Assembly: GCF_963921235.1 (NCBI RefSeq)
Contig: NC_086107.1
Location: 99,574,001 to 99,638,000, forward strand
Direction of reading: 5' to 3'
Origin: Mobula hypostoma
Lineage: Eukaryota
DNA: 64,000 bases
Shown here piece after piece: positions 1-14,629 of this stretch. A program made the translations under genes and the position numbers. Position 1 is the stretch's first letter. Each line of letters begins with the position of its first letter. The notes below the pieces were generated by a model. It had not been told where the DNA came from. It did no database searches and was given only the letters and a program-made list of their open reading frames with translations.

Positions 1-292
1 AGTTTCCTCCTCATCTTCAGAATCAACCTAGTGAACATTCTCTGAATCCACCCTCCCCTCCCAAACCCCCACCAAACTAGTTTAGACCCTCAGTGGTAGC
101 ACTGAAAATAAAACATTGATTTCTTGTAAACTCAAGTAATAGTGCCACACCATAATGATGCATTCAGCTAATGGGGAAAAGACATGCTTGATCTGTATGC
201 GGTTTGAAAGTACTAGATTTCATGAAGCAAGCCTGTGATCATCAAGAGGCTTGTTTCTGTTTTGCCCTACATTGGAGATTGCCATGTGAGCA

Positions 293-533
293 GCAGAGTG
301 GTGCAGCTGGTGGAGCCACTACCACCCACCCTGACTTTGTGCATGGAATTTGAATGTACTTCCTCTGACCACGTGAATTTCCCCCAAATTGTCCAGTTTC
401 CTCCCACATTTTAAATTCATACTAGTAGACTAATTAGGCATTGTCTTAAAACAGGATTAATGTCAATAGGTGGTTGATGGTTCACGTGGACTTGGTAGGC
501 TGAGGTGTCTTTTTCAGTGCTGTGTCAGCACTC
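293..533 (+). mobile_element. Degenerate tRNA-derived SINE
   Basis: A-box-like head (GTGGTGCAGCTGG) and body motif GTTTCCTCCCACA shared with SINE copies at 43778, 45565 and 55385; boundaries approximate. Confidence 0.6.
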
Positions 534-536
534 TAT

Positions 537-1235
537 TGGATTAGATTAGGTTAGATTAGATTCAAACTTTATTGTCATACAGATACAGATACAAAGACAA
601 TGAAATGCGTTTAGCATCTGACCAGAAATGCAAAGAATATTGTTATTTACAAAATAACTGCGAATTTTAAAAAAGTGCTACAGCACACAAATATAAAAGT
701 ACTGAGACAGAACAATACAGATGCAATACTGCTTAGCGCTGTGATGAGAGGTTCAGCAGTGTCACAGCCTCAGGGAAGAAGCTCTTCCTGTGCCTGCTGG
801 TGCAGGAACGGAGGTTCCTGTAGCGCCTACCGGATGGGAGGAGAGTAAAAAGTCAATGGTTAGGGTGAGATGCATCCCTGATAATACTTTTCGCTCTGCC
901 CAGGCAGCGTTTATGGTAGATGTTCTCAATGGTGGGCAATTGGGTGCCAATAATCCACTGCGCAGTTTTCACCACACGCTGGAGTGCATTGCGATCCGAT
1001 ACGGGACAATTGCCATACCACACTGAGATGCATTTGGTGAGTATGCTCTCAATGGTACGGTGGTAAAAGTCCGTCAGTATCCTGGGACAGAGGTGAGCTT
1101 TCTTCATGCTCTGCAGGAAATAAAGGCACTGTTGCGCCTTTTTGATCAGGATAGAGGAGTTCAGGGACCAGGTGAGATCCTCGGAAATATGGACACCAAG
1201 GAATTTGAAGTTTGATACATGCTCCACTACAGTGC
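537..1235 (-). mobile_element. Rex1/Babar-type LINE, 3' fragment
   Basis: ORF 853-1227 (FKFLGVHISEDLTWS...KKAQQ.LYFL...ESILT.CI.VWYGN) is the Rex1 RT C-terminus; ends on - with AATAAA and a (TCTAA)n-like tail at ~537-572. Confidence 0.85.
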
Positions 1236-1319
1236 TGTTAGACAGTGCTTGTATCCAAATTGGTCATTGACTTCAAATCTTCCAAGATCTAACTTAATTT
1301 ATTATTGTTTCTTTTTAAG

Positions 1320-1430
1320 GCAATGGATCACTTGCAGTCATTTATCACAGACTGTGATAGAAGAACAGAAATTGCAAAGAAAAGGTTGGCAGAAACCCAA
1401 GAAGAGATCAGTGCAGAGGTGGCAGCAAAG
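1320..1430 (+). CDS. LUC7L2: LUC7-like 2 splicing factor, internal coding exon (111 nt, AMDHLQSFITDCDRRTEIAKKRLAETQEEISAEVAAK)
   Basis: ttttaAG acceptor at 1318-1319 and GT donor at 1431; the peptide matches LUC7 proteins and the QSF/VAAK residues fit LUC7L2 as I recall it. Upstream exons are outside the window. Confidence 0.93.
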
Positions 1431-4400
1431 GTATAATCCATCCTAGTCATTATTAAATTCAAGAATAACCTACAAAATAACATGATAATTTATAGAGTAG
1501 AATGGCAGTTGGAAAGCAAATCGCTAGTTTCAATTGAAAGTTGAAAAATTTATGTAAACGTATTCTTGTATTGATCAGTTTAACTCTGTTTCTCACATTT
1601 GTTTTAAATTAACTTCTGAAGTTCATAAGACTATAAATTTAGTGTGTGCTTAAAGATATAACAAATTGGGAATATTTTGATTTTATTGTTCTGTTATTAT
1701 TTATATAACAACATTTGTTTATCTGCCACAATCCCCTCTTGGATTGTCAATTTGGCACACTTGAACTCTGAAATTTTTTTTGAACTAATCAAAAGCTTTT
1801 GTCAGTTTTACACTCCAGATGTTAAAAAGCTGATGATTTTTGAAACTTACAGCAATTTGTTCTTGGTCTTGTGATTTTTTTTTTGAAATGATAACTTTTT
1901 TATAATCTGCTAAAACATTGTTTCCTCTTAGATCTGGCCATCAATGTTATAAGATAATTCAAAGAAATAAGTACTTGAATCGTAGTCAGAACTAAGCAAT
2001 TACAGTTACGTACGATATGATTATTGAATAGGATTGGTTTTATCCCAATACAGTACACCCCTGCGTTGCTGAGGAATTGCATTCCTGGAAAACCATCTGT
2101 ATTGCTTTTTTTGTAAGGGAAATCTTTTTTTTAAGGCTAATGTTAATTAGTTTATTTTCCTGCATAAATTCCTAAGAGCAAAACTCTATTCCCTATCTCA
2201 AAACTTTTTGATGGTGATCTGTGAATTCTGAAAAGGCAAATTTTCATTATCTGAACTATTATGTTATTAAGGTAATTAAACTACCAAATGCATTTCCTTT
2301 GGCTATATTAATTGAAATGTATTTATTCTATTAGCTGCCACCTTAAAAATAATGTTAAATTGCCATTGCTCATGATTGTACTTGCATTACTTTGTCAATC
2401 TCTCTGTTCTGATTAGCAGGAAGTTAACTTTTGTGACAGTATGTAATATAGATCTCATTAATGGTGAGGGCTTGACACTATTAGATGTTAATGGAAAGGT
2501 TTTTTATATAAAGTAGTGCAATTTTTTTCAGTTCATTCTTCACCAAATATCTTTCAACCATAGCTTTGAAAATTACAGTTACAAAAGCCTATCCTTAGGC
2601 TTGCAGGTAAATTTGGAAAACTATTGTCAAGCAAGGACAGATAAATTTAAAAAAATGCATGTTCTGATCTTTCTTATTGAATGTATTTCATCTTCAACAG
2701 CACTGTGAATAATAGTTTGCTTTATCCTTCCCCAGTCAAAGCTTCATAATCCTGACTGTTGTTTACTGAGTCCTCTGCAGATGTGCTTCCACAAAAGCTG
2801 CTTAAAACTGGGATGTGGTTCTGGTCTTTTTGAGTTTTTGACCAATTAGTAGTTATATCACAAAAAGTTTATTGACTACTATAAGTGAAAAATGAGTAAT
2901 TTGGTGGAAATGGCTTTTTAAATCCATTGCATCTTATTGTATTGTGTTCAAATATGTTCATTAATTTACAGAAAGTTGCAGTACAGAAGTGTTCAACCTT
3001 TTGGCTTAAACTTCTAAATTTCTGCATTTAATTTGTAACTCTTGTTCCTCAGGCCCCAGTGAACTCCTTTTTAAAAATAATATTCATGTTATCAGTTTCT
3101 ATTTATTTTCTGATAGAGCACACTGATTCAATATTCTAGTGAAGGGAAATAAGTTAATTTCTTCAATCTAGATGATTTTTATCATTGATTATAAATTTGA
3201 CTGGTCTACGTGGCACGAGGAAAATATATATCTAATGCTATGACTCCACCAAAGCCATGATATCTTGAAAGCCTGCATCTTCTGAGTTCCATGGAATGTG
3301 ACCTTTACTTTTCAATTATTTTTCATTACTAGTCTTAACAACTGTGCTAGCACCCTGATAATCTTTACTGTACTCTTTTTAAGATCTTGCAATTTTCCTG
3401 AATTATGTTGCCCAGAATTTATTGACTGTATTCCAGCAGAGGCAACAGTAGTTTATAAAGTTATGGCATGATTTCTTTATATTTTTATTTAGTGACTCCA
3501 GTCACTGATCTAAATAACTCCAATGTTTTTTGTTGTCAACTTGCATGCTATCTTGAATTGTGTTTCTGGACAATAGTATCTTTTTTTTCCTGTACTATAC
3601 TTTACAAAATAATGTATCAACTTTTCATGTTAGGCCTTCCCAAGGGTATCACTTTACATTTCTATGTGCAGAACTCCAATAGATGGTCTGCTTATTTCGC
3701 CATCTTTACCATCCTGAATCTTGTGTCTACTACTCTTAAGTTTCAAATCATCAGCAAATGTAATGCTGCTCCATATTGTCTAGTCTGCCATTTATTTTAA
3801 AAAATGCAGAAAAATGGCCTTTGTAGCTAACTTTTGGGAAGCACCTCTGTAAGCTACATCCTGGTCTACAGAATATTCATTGATTACAAATTACCTTCCA
3901 CTTATTATTCTGCCCATTTTGTATCTATATTGTCACTCTCCTCTGGGAGAGTGCACACATCGTGTTAAATTGGATTGTTTTAGAAAATGAGGCAACAAAG
4001 CAGAATTTGAGAGGAATCTCAGAATTCTCCAAATCACCAACCTTTCGGAAACCACCAGGACATCCCATAGTTACTGTGTATTGCCCTTTTGTAGATGGAT
4101 AACTGCAGAGTTGGGATGGTGGTGGAGGGCTGTTTTTAGTGGGTATGTATGAGAGAATAGTTAGTAAGAAAAAGGAGTAAGGGGATCAGATTGACAGGAC
4201 TCTGTGAGACACACCAAAAACTCCATGGTCAACCAGGTAGAAAAACTTGGGAATAATTCTATTGATTTAATTTTAGTGCAGTATAGGAACCTTGCTGATA
4301 CCTATTCCATTCCAAAGTCTGTATTCAGCTGCTATGCACCCCTGGTCAGCCTTCTACTTGTTAAAAATTTGTTCAGGTTAATGATACACTGGCTGCTAAT

Positions 4401-4509
4401 CCAATTTGTACCCACTACTTTCCAACTGAAAGTTTTTGTTCTTGATTATAGTTTATTGCATCATCTGCTTTTGTGATGAAGATTACATGCCTTTTTATTT
4501 TTTACTTAG

Positions 4510-4653
4510 GCTGAGCGAGTTCATGAACTAAATGAGGAAATTGGAAAGCTACTAGCCAAGGCAGAGCAGTTGGGAGCTGAAGGAAATGTTGAAGAATCTC
4601 AGAAGGTCATGGAAGAAGTAGAGAAGGCAAGAGCAAAGAAGAGGGAAGCTGAG
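4510..4653 (+). CDS. LUC7L2: LUC7L2 coding exon (144 nt, AERVHELNEEIGKLLAKAEQLGAEGNVEESQKVMEEVEKARAKKREAE)
   Basis: tttacttAG acceptor, GTAAGA donor, phase 0/0, in frame with flanking exons; coiled-coil region. Confidence 0.95.
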
Positions 4654-5966
4654 GTAAGAAAATAGCTTATGCTGTTGATTTGTTTTTAATCCTTCAAGTT
4701 CGTAAAGTTTTTCTGCATTGTGTGGAAGTGTGAAACTTACCCACTTTGAATTCTTTATTTTTTCCCATAAATAAGAGCTCAATTTGGTATTTAAGCAGTG
4801 AAATTTGAATGTTTATTTCAATTTGAAATGCCGATTGTACAAAAGTTTATTAAAATAGTGTCTTTTAGAATTCTCCAAAAATGTAAATTGCAAGCTGTGA
4901 TTTACGTGGAAAAAAATGTGGCACCAAACGTGTTAAAAATTACGCTTTTTAATGCTAGTTTGCCAAGTTAGGTTGACATGGCAAATAAAATTGTAACTTT
5001 TTTTTGGAGACAATTGGCGGTGGTTAAAACAGTACTTGGCACTTTATTCAATAAAATTTATATGGTTACAGGCAGCACCTGTAGGTAATCTGAGCAATCC
5101 TGAGGAGAAATCTAATCTTGTTAGTATCAGGCAGTTTCTCCATGCAACCCCACCCCATCGTCATTTAGATTACAGATAGATACGTAATTTCAGGAATTGA
5201 TTTCATAAAAAAATTGTCATCCCCAATAAATTATGCAAATACATTGATTATTGAACTTGCACCATTTTCTTGGTGTGTAGACTGGGCAGCAAACATTTGT
5301 TTTATTTATTTTACAGCTTAACTGTGTTCTGATTTCCAGTATTGTTATAATGACATGGCAGATTATGTCATCACTATCCATCTGTAGTTTCACTTGTATA
5401 ATTCATCAGGTGCCCTGGAGGCTGAAGTTCCTAAAGGGATGTTAATACTGATAGCTAATAGAGAATGTGAAGAGAGAAGGGCCAGACATGTGATGTAAAA
5501 TATCTGGGTTAGTTGTTCCAAGCTATCCAATTTATTATGTGTGTACTTGTATCGATATTTTAGAAATGGTAATTTTAGGTTTCAGTGTTGATGAAAGGTT
5601 GTCATTGAACAAGTTGGCTGAATCAGTTTTATATTCCTAGGTGTCAACCCTGTAAAGTACAATATATTTTATAAAATTCTTGGTTCTCACAGTAATTCCC
5701 AACTTATTGCAAAATATAAAGCTACAGCCAGCTTGTAATCAGTTGCAAAGGATTATTGATGATTCAGTGGAGAAGCAGAACAACTTTAATAAATTTATAT
5801 TAGAGATTGTATTAGATCCTTTTTTGTGTAGTAATTAAAAACAATTGTTTTTTTAAATAATACTTTTGTTTAAATCACTGTCTAGAGCAGCTCACACCAG
5901 TAGTTATTAGTTCTAAGATTGAAAGTAACTTTCTGCCTCTCTAACCCAGATGAGAACTAAAATAAT

Positions 5967-6081
5967 GAATCAGAATCAGGTTTAATATCACTGGGATATA
6001 TTGAGAAATTTGTTGTTTTGCGGCAACAGTACACTGCAATACATAGTAATAGACACTATAAATTACAATAAGAAGTGTGTA

Positions 6082-6136
<55 letters not shown>

Positions 6137-7040
6137 GATAAGAGTAGTGCAAAAAGAGAGGGGGAGAGAAAAAGAAAAAAAACCACTGGGTTCATTGTCC
6201 ATTCAGAAATCTGATGACAGATGAGTAAAAGCTGTTCCTGAAACGTTGGCTGTGTTTTCAGGTTCCCGTACCTTCTCCCTGATGGTAGCATTGAGAAGGG
6301 GGCAAGTCCTGGGTGGTAGGGTCCTCAATGATGGATGTCACCTTTTTGAGGCATCGACTTCTGAAGGTGTCCTGGATACTGGGGGAGGCTAGTGCCTATG
6401 ATGGAGCTGGCTGACTTTACAACTTTCTGCAGCCTTTTCCAGTCCTGTGCAGTGGCCCCGCCATACCAGATGTAACCAGTTAGAATGCTTTCCAGGTTAC
6501 ATCTGTCAAAATTTGTGAGTATCTTTGGTGACGTACCAATTCTCCTCAAACTCCTAATTGAAATACAGCCACTGTCGTGCCTTCTTTGTAATTAGATCAA
6601 AAGGTAGGACCCAGGATAGAGCCTCGTTGACGTTGACCCCCCCAAGAAACTGCTCATCCTTACCACTTCTAATCCCTTGATGAGGATTGATGTGTGTTCC
6701 CTCAACTTGCCCTTCCTGAAGTCTACAATCCATTCCTTGGTCTTACTGACATTGAATGCAAGGTTGTTGCTGCAACCCCACTCAACCAGCTGATCTGTCT
6801 CACTCCTGAACACATCCTCATCACCGTCTGAACTTCTGCCAACAATATTTGTGTCACTGGCAATTTTATAGATGGCGTTTGAGTTGTGCCTAGTCACACA
6901 GTCATGAGTGCAGGGAGAGTAGAGCAAAGGGTTAAGCACACAACACATCCTTGAGGTGTGCTAGTGTTCATGTCAGCAAGGAGGAGGTTATTTCTGACCC
7001 ACACAAACTGTAGTCTCCCGGTGAAGAAGTCAAGGATCCA
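5967..7040 (-). mobile_element. Rex1/Babar-type LINE, frameshifted 3' part
   Basis: RT peptides in ORFs 6592-6948 (VLNPLLYS...NVSKTKE.IVDFRK) and 6325-6549; ATTAAA plus (TGATTC)n tail on -; contains a (GT)/(AT)n microsatellite at ~6076-6131. Confidence 0.85.
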
Positions 7041-7055
7041 GAAGGAGGTATAGGG

Positions 7056-7140
7056 GTAACACACACAAAATGCAGGAGGAACTCGGCATTTTGTGTGTGT
7101 TACTCGGATTTCCAGCATCTGCAGATTTTTTTTTTGTTTG
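7056..7140. mobile_element. Miniature Penelope-like inverted-repeat insertion
   Basis: Perfect 18-bp inverted arms (7056-7073 and 7086-7103) followed by the tail GGATTTCCAGCATCTGCAGATTTT that is shared with the larger PLE copies; no TSD seen. Confidence 0.7.
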
Positions 7141-9739
7141 GTTTCTAGTTTTGTTCCCATGCAGATCTAATTTCTTTCTCATTTCCCTCCTGGATATTCA
7201 TGAGGGTAATGTTCCCAATAAAGGCTCTATTTTCTAGAGTGGCTTTATTTTTTTCCAGAATAAAAATGGTTATCTTTTTTCCAGAAACATTTGTTTTTAA
7301 AAGTAATTCCTTTGAGATTGACCACTTTTGTATAAAAATTGAACATTTTCCATTCTGGGTTATCATTGTGTTGCTTTTTTTATCTGGGTGTATATGGCTT
7401 GTGTGTGTGTGTGTGTGCACGCATGTGTGTGTTTGGGGTACTCTATACTAACTAATTTAACATAGGTCACCTTATTTCTTGGAAGCATGCTTTTGTCATT
7501 TGGAAATTAATGACTATTTCCTTTAGTGAGCAGCCTTTAAATATTAAAGGGAATCACTTAAAGGAATGCAAAGCCACCCTTGCCCCTCTGATGCATACTT
7601 AGCAAAGTAAAGTTTCTTGAGATGCTGCACAAATGACGCATACAAGTTTTTAAAAATTAAATTCATCATTCAAATCCATTGGGTCATTAAGAATCACAGA
7701 GAGCTTAGTTAGAAACAAAATGCACAATTTTATGTTTTCCGCTTCATAAGAAGGCACAACAGCAACAAAGCTAGGAATTTGCCAAATAACTGATCACTCA
7801 GCCAATAAGAAATCAGAGCAGGGTAAAATCACTTCTGTAGTTCAGTTATCTTTGAAAAGGGATTGCTCCCATCAGATTGAGGGTTCTCCCTGGAAATTGT
7901 TTTGCAAGTGGGTGCTGCCTGTACCCACCATCAGTTTTGAGAGGTTGGGCTCAAAAGAATTCAAAGTGAGTGAATAACCACTTTAGTTAAAATGGGGAGA
8001 ACCCTGTTTGAATTATGTTCCAGAAAAATGCTATGTAATATATTTTAATGTCATTTACTCCCTGGCTTACCCAATGTTGCTAGTAAAATTGTAATTGAAC
8101 TCTACCCTGTTGAATTTTTTAAAATTGATAAATCTTAATAGTTAAATCACAATCCTCTGTCAAGTATTCTCGGCAATATGTTTTGGAGAATAACAATGTA
8201 TTATGGAGAAATCCAGCTTGTAACATTGCATTTTTTCACCACCAGGGGGACACCATTGCTTCTCCTTCCTCCAGTGCATTTTGGGTAGGATGACATCACT
8301 GTGGCTGACTTGTGCTCTGTGACTGTTGTGTATATTCCACAGAATGTTCACTCATTATATGAGAGCATTTCATTATGAAGTTACAAATAAAAATGCTTTA
8401 TAAGTTATATCCAGCAATCTCAGAAAGGGTACAACTTCTATTTGGTAGAACTATTACCAGGTTTTAGTGAGCTGTTTTGCCACCTTATCAGATACGTGCA
8501 TAAATAGATGTTATGTAACGAATATCATAGTCAAGGTGTTGTCTATGAAGTATGAATGTGTATGCGTGTCTGACTGCATGATCTGGGCAGGGAAAAAACT
8601 CAGTTCAGGCTGCTATTTGTAGCTAATTTTTTATCTTCAAATTGTGAACAAAGAAACATTCTAAACTTTTTTGTTGCATTTAATTCTTGTGATTTGTCAG
8701 GCTTTAGGTTAAGTGATAATATAGGAAGTAGGCTTCACAAAGGTGCCACCCCATACATGGGAGGTCCCTGGATACACAGAGTAAATATTTCCCCCAAGAA
8801 TTGAATTGTGCTTAAAAATAAAATCAACATTTTGGGTTTGAGTTGCATTTTGGAGACCTGCATGTAATCTAGCAGGGCACTTGAGGGAGAAACTGTTGGA
8901 AAACTTTAAGGTGCTCCTCCAGATCAGCATTAAATATGTCTAAACACACATGAAATCTCTTTTAGTGTTCTGACGAGCACCATTTTACTTGGATGTAGTT
9001 TGACTTCTGTGATAGTGACCAATGATATTTCATCGGGTAAAAGTGAAGATCTGCTTGGGTATAAAATTAAAACCCAATCACACTACAGACAACCTCAACT
9101 TGGCTCTAGCCCATGCATTAAATGTATGGATGCCCAATCCTAACACAGTCAAGTCCCACCAGCCTTGGGTCAGGTTGTCAGCATTTTAAAAGATTGAATC
9201 TTGGCACATATATTTATCAATAGCTGATCTGACCAAGTTCAAGTTTATTTGGTTTTTTTTAGGGTTTTAGATAAGGGAAAATAAAAGAAAGGGAGACATT
9301 AAAATGAAAGTCAACAGTTACAAGTTTGAAGAGACTAAGCCCAAGTGAAAAAATTGAAATATGTGGAATTGCAAAAAGAATGAATCTTTTGAGGGAAGAG
9401 ATTTTATTAAAATGTTTTCTGTGGCCATACTGTATTACATTATTTAACATTTCTGATGTTCGTATAACATGATTGACATACCAAACAAATGTTTGCGACC
9501 TGATGGTGCTAGAGATTTATTGCTGCTGCCTAATGGTGAGGTACTTATTTTTAAATAACAGGAAATTATTTTTTGATTATAGGTGTTTAGCATTTACTAT
9601 AGTTTGTTTGTTCCCATGCTGTGTCTAATTTTATGATGATTGACAAAGTGCAAAGAAGTAATTGATCAGAATACAAGGTAAATGTTCAGAACATGTAAAT
9701 AATGCAACATAAGGTTTAAGATGCTGATTGATAATAATC

Positions 9740-10200
9740 ATAAGGCGAGCAGAGTTGGGCTAATTGGCCCGTCAGGTCTGCTCCACCAGTCCATCATGGC
9801 TGATTTATTATCCCTCTCAACTCCATTCTCCAGCCTTCTTCCGATCACCTTTGATACCCTTACTAATCTATAACCTATCAACCTTTTGTTTTAAATATAC
9901 TCAGTTATTTGGCCTCTAAAACCATCCGTAGCAATGAATTTCACAGATTCACCATCCGCTGTTAAAGAAATTCCTCCAACTCTGTTCTAAAGGGACATCC
10001 TTGTTCCTTCTGGTCCTAGACTCCCCCACTGTAGGAACCATCCTCTCCATATCCTCCCTACCCAGGCCTTTCAACATTTGAAAGGTTTCAATGAGATCTC
10101 AGCATCATGTTTAAATTCCAGCAAATACAGGCCCAGAGGTATCAATTGCTTCTCATACAGTACATTCCTGGAATCATTCTCATGAACCTCCTCTGGAAGT
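9740..10200 (-). mobile_element. CR1-type LINE 3' fragment
   Basis: Similar to the CR1 3' ends at 24217, 33277 and 49621 (AAGAAATTCCTCC...TCTGGTCCTAGACTCCCCC). Confidence 0.7.
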
Positions 10201-11067
10201 TAATAATAACGAATTGATATATGATTGTTGAAGCCAATGTTTGAGTCATTCTAAATGGGAGATGTTTATAATGAAGCATGACAATAAATGCATTAATGCT
10301 TCAGAAGGTTTAATCTCACAGAGAAAAATACTAGTAAGCCCTTACAAATTTAGTCATGCGTTTATAATTAAGGAAGATAATTAGGAAAAGTGCCTTCTTT
10401 ACTGATATAGACTTGTAATGATATATTCATTTTTTAAAAATTTAGACCATTTTTGAACAAATATAGATTGTGACACTGTCAGGGTTGCTATTTCATAAAA
10501 TATTAGGTCACACTATATTTCTGAGATGTCTTGAGCTATTTTAATCAAAATTTATTGGAGAAAATGGGCACACAGTGAAATAAACTTCCAATATCTATTG
10601 CGTTGATCATAGTACTGCCTGAATACTAATTCTGTTTTCATAACGTTATTCTTGCTAACTACTTGAAAGCTCTCAGTCCATTGTCACTGCCATTTGTTTT
10701 CCCAGTACTCTGTTCTCTCTTAATCTCCATTAACTCCACCCTGAGCACATCAACCAGCATGCTTCAGAATATAGGAAGAAACCGGAGCATTTGGGGGAAA
10801 ACTTGCATGGTTACAGAGAGAACGTGCAAACTATACAAAATACACCAGATAGATGAGAGAACTCCTGCATGGCTCGCTGATGTTCATTGTGTTTATTTTT
10901 AAGTGAGCAGTATTTCATGATTGAGATTTAAAATCAGCATAACAATGTTCTATTTTAAAATAGAACTTGCATCAGACTAATCAGTTTTATAAGGACAATC
11001 TCTCATGCTGACAATAAATACGCTGAGAAAGAGGATGTTACATGGTTGTTCTTGTTCCTTTTCGTAG

Positions 11068-11244
11068 GAGGTTTATCGGAATTCCATGCCGGCCTCCAGC
11101 TTTCAACAACAGAAATTACGAGTTTGTGAAGTGTGCTCAGCATACTTGGGTCTTCACGATAATGATCGGCGCCTTGCAGACCACTTTGGTGGGAAACTTC
11201 ACCTTGGATTCATTGAAATTAGAGAGAAATTAGAAGAGTTACAG
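11068..11244 (+). CDS. LUC7L2: LUC7L2 coding exon (177 nt) with the second zinc finger (EVYRNSMPASSFQQQKLRVCEVCSAYLGLHDNDRRLADHFGGKLHLGFIEIREKLEELQ)
   Basis: ttttcgtAG acceptor and GTAAGA donor; CxxC...H...H motif of LUC7 ZnF2; IEIREKLEEL is the LUC7L2-type sequence. Confidence 0.96.
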
Positions 11245-12979
11245 GTAAGAAATGTGGCCATTTGCTAAACTCTTGAAAATGGAAGCTAGTTACTAGGTTT
11301 TCAAATGTTTATTCTACCTAATAGCTAGCTTTTTCAGAGTTTTACTCTAATAATCCAGCATTCTCAGATTTTGGTGCCACAATAGCAGATTTTCTGGATC
11401 GTTGGATTTTACTCTTACTGAAAACACCAGAGCATTTTAAATTCATATTTTAAAATGTTACATAGTTATATAATAATTCTTTCAGTGATCCAGGGGCATC
11501 TAAAGGAGATGTAGGAATAGAGACCTTTAAAGAAAAACATGGGAACGGGACTCAGTGTAAAACAAAAAGCATGGGAACAAGGACTCAGTGAGTTCAAAGG
11601 GAACACAAGGACAAGGCTCTGTGGAAGTCACGGTAAAACAAGAGTATCCTGGGGCAGTTGTAGTCAAGCAAGGCCTTTGAAGTGAGACTGCCAAAGAGAC
11701 CTCTGCTTAAAACAGATGAGATAGACTGGGGTGACTGGCAGTGTGTACTCAAACCAGACGAGTGAGTGAGGCCTCTGTAGTGAAACTTTTTTAGAAAGGT
11801 CTTCCTAAAACATAGCATCCCGTTATACAATAGGGGGTGCCAGAGACAGGAGAGATAATAGAAGAATGTGAAACATACCCAGCAACTAAGTCAATAGACC
11901 TTACTGACTTAAAAATATCATTGGCTGTCCACTTGAAGATTCGATTGACTTTAACACCACTATTGTGAATGATAATCTTGTGAGTAAGGAATTCAAACGT
12001 GTACAATTAATAATGATCAGTATCTGTAATTGATAAGCCAATTCTGTATAAAAATAGCAGTTTCCTGTTAGGACTTCAGAACAGTGTGGGTGACGGGTCC
12101 ATGCTGTTCTTCATGTGCACAAGTAAAATTTTAAAATTGCTTCAGTCGTAAGACCATGTGTGTTCTGGGCCCATTTACTTTAGTTATTTTATTAATAGTG
12201 ATGACAGTTACGTTGACAGCTTCAATAAAGTTAAAGGGGTGTGCATGCAGGGCCCCAGTTAGGGAGAGCTTGAGAATAAGGCTCCAAAGAAATTGATTCC
12301 CGAACAATAGGAGAGCAGATAGTTGTTTACTGTAGTTCAAATGAGGGCAGTTGGATCAGATTACAATGCAGTAGGGCTAAATTATTTTTGTAGCTATTAT
12401 AACTTACAAAATATTTGAAAACTTTCCAACTAAAGGTATCAAATAATTTCCAGGAGAAGTTTTGTTCTACCAAAAAATTAATATTGAGATTTCAGAATTT
12501 ATATCCAGTTCATGTTGTCCTGAGGCATAAACTTGGGTGCGCCTGAATTTTCGGTTACAAACCTATATTGCATTTTCAGTGTAGTTGTTGGCTTTCATAT
12601 TACAGTGTGGAGCTGATTTTGAGTTGTTGAGACTGCTGCTCATATCTCTCTATTATGACATGGGAAAAGTATATTTGGCTCATCAAGCATTTCCATCATT
12701 CACATTCTCCATTCTACTTCTGCAATCTATTCTTTCTCACGTTTACATCAACTCCCCTCTAATTTTCCTGCCACCCACATGCACTAGGAGTAATTTACAG
12801 TGGCTATTTAACCCATCAGCACAACATTGGGACGAGAGAGATTAAACCCAGGTAGTCCATGTAGGACTTGAAGTCAGTATAGAACCTATCACTATGCCGC
12901 CTATTGAAGCTGTTGATCAATTGGGCATCAGTCGTTTTTGCGCCCGAGAACAACAGGGTGAGCTGCTCCAATGGCTATT

Positions 12980-13890
12980 GGCCAGTAGTACTCGCATCTA
13001 CTGTGAAGAAGTGCTGGCTATTATTGACTGTTGCCTGAGCAAGTACCTGGACCTACTGCAACAGGTCTACCATGGACACAATCCCACTTGCTCTCTTTTC
13101 AGCCTTGGACCACCTGGACAACAGCATTATCTACAGCAGGCTGCTGTTTATTGATTATAGTTCGGCATTCACCACGACTATCCCCTCCTACTAATCAAAA
13201 AGCTTCAAAACTTGAGCCTCTGTATCTACTTTTGCAGTAGGATCCTTGACTTCCTGACTGGGAGATCACATTCAGTGCAGACCATTAATAACATCTTGCA
13301 GACAGTCAACACAGAAGCATGCTGAGCCCACTGTTCTTCTCTCTGTACTCATGACAGTGGAGCTGGGCACAGCTCAAATACTATACATGAATTTGTTGAT
13401 GACACCACTATTATAGGCAGAGCCTCAGATGGCAAAGAGGTGTTCAGGAGTGAGGTAAATCAACTAGTTGAGTGGTATTGCAATAACAACCTTTTGTGCA
13501 ATATCAGCAAGACCAAGGAATTGATTGTGAACTTCATGAAGGGCAAGTTGGGAGAACACACATCAGTCCTCACTAGGAGGTGAGCAGCTTCAAGTTTTTG
13601 GGTGTCAGCATCTTGGAGGATCTATCATGAGCCTAAAATATCAATGCATTTACATTGAATGCACGCCAACAGCTATACTTCATTAGGAGTTTGAAGAGTC
13701 ACTAAAGACTCTTAACAGATTTCTACAGATACACAGTAGAGACGTTCGGTGGAGGGCATTCTGACTGGTTGCATCACCACCTGGTAATGAAGCTCCAATT
13801 CACAGGATCAAAGAAGGCTGCAAGGTTGTGGACTCAGCCAGTTCCATCACAGGCACGATCCTCTCCACCATCGAAGACATCTTCAGAATT
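12980..13890 (+). mobile_element. Degenerate Rex1/Babar LINE
   Basis: RT motif remnants (LDHLD...[30 protein letters not shown]); ends where the Tigger-like element begins. Confidence 0.75.
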
Positions 13891-13897
13891 AGGTTTA

Positions 13898-14625
13898 CGG
13901 TGGATTCTGGTTAATTGGGCCATCAGTTAATCGGGGAGCTGGTTATTTGGGACAACTGTTAAAGATCAAAATCTAATGAAGAAAATTGCTGGGAATCCCT
14001 TTATTTACTTGGGACACTATGCAATTTAATTGGGACAGGCAACTGTTGCTGAACAGTTTCTAACTAGCATCAGTTGTGTGTGTGTGTGTGTTCACAAGCA
14101 GTGATTTTTGTCACTGATAGATGGTTAGAAATAAGCAGTAAGACAATTCAGAATTGTTTTGATCACTGAGGTTTCAAGCATTCATAGGCTTGGAGAGCCA
14201 AGCTTGGAGTGAAAATGAAACTATTTCACTACTTAAACAAGTTTGGAACCATGAAGAATTTGAAAGAATCAACAATCATCTTGAATGTTACAGTAGAAGT
14301 GAAGATTTGGAGGATGCAGTTGTCGATAGCAATGCATGAAGGCAATCCATTATTTGATTCAGTGTTTGCGCTGATTTTGTTCTTTGCATACATTAGATGA
14401 ATTCCACTGCCAACAACTATTAGGGACTAATACACAGTTTTATAATACTGTAGTACTGTTGGTGGTGTTCTAATTCATTCTATTTCATTTAAATAGATAA
14501 TAGTTAGATGTTAGTTTGTCTTTTTTATACCTTTTTAATTATTTACATGAAACTTCAATGAATTGGAGGAGCTGCTTAATTGAGCAAAAATGCAAAGATG
14601 TGTCCCAATTAACTGGAATCCACTG
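13898..14625. mobile_element. Non-autonomous Tigger/pogo-like DNA transposon
   Basis: ~22-bp terminal inverted repeats (CGGTGGATTCTGGTTAATTGGG ... CCCAATTAACTGGAATCCACTG), flanked by TA on both sides (13896-13897, 14626-14627). Confidence 0.8.
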
Positions 14626-14629
14626 TATT

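Noticed and set aside
11594..11830. KALLDYNCP peptide resembling a pogo/Tigger DDE motif
   Set aside because: Too short and degenerate, and I could not find matching TIRs.
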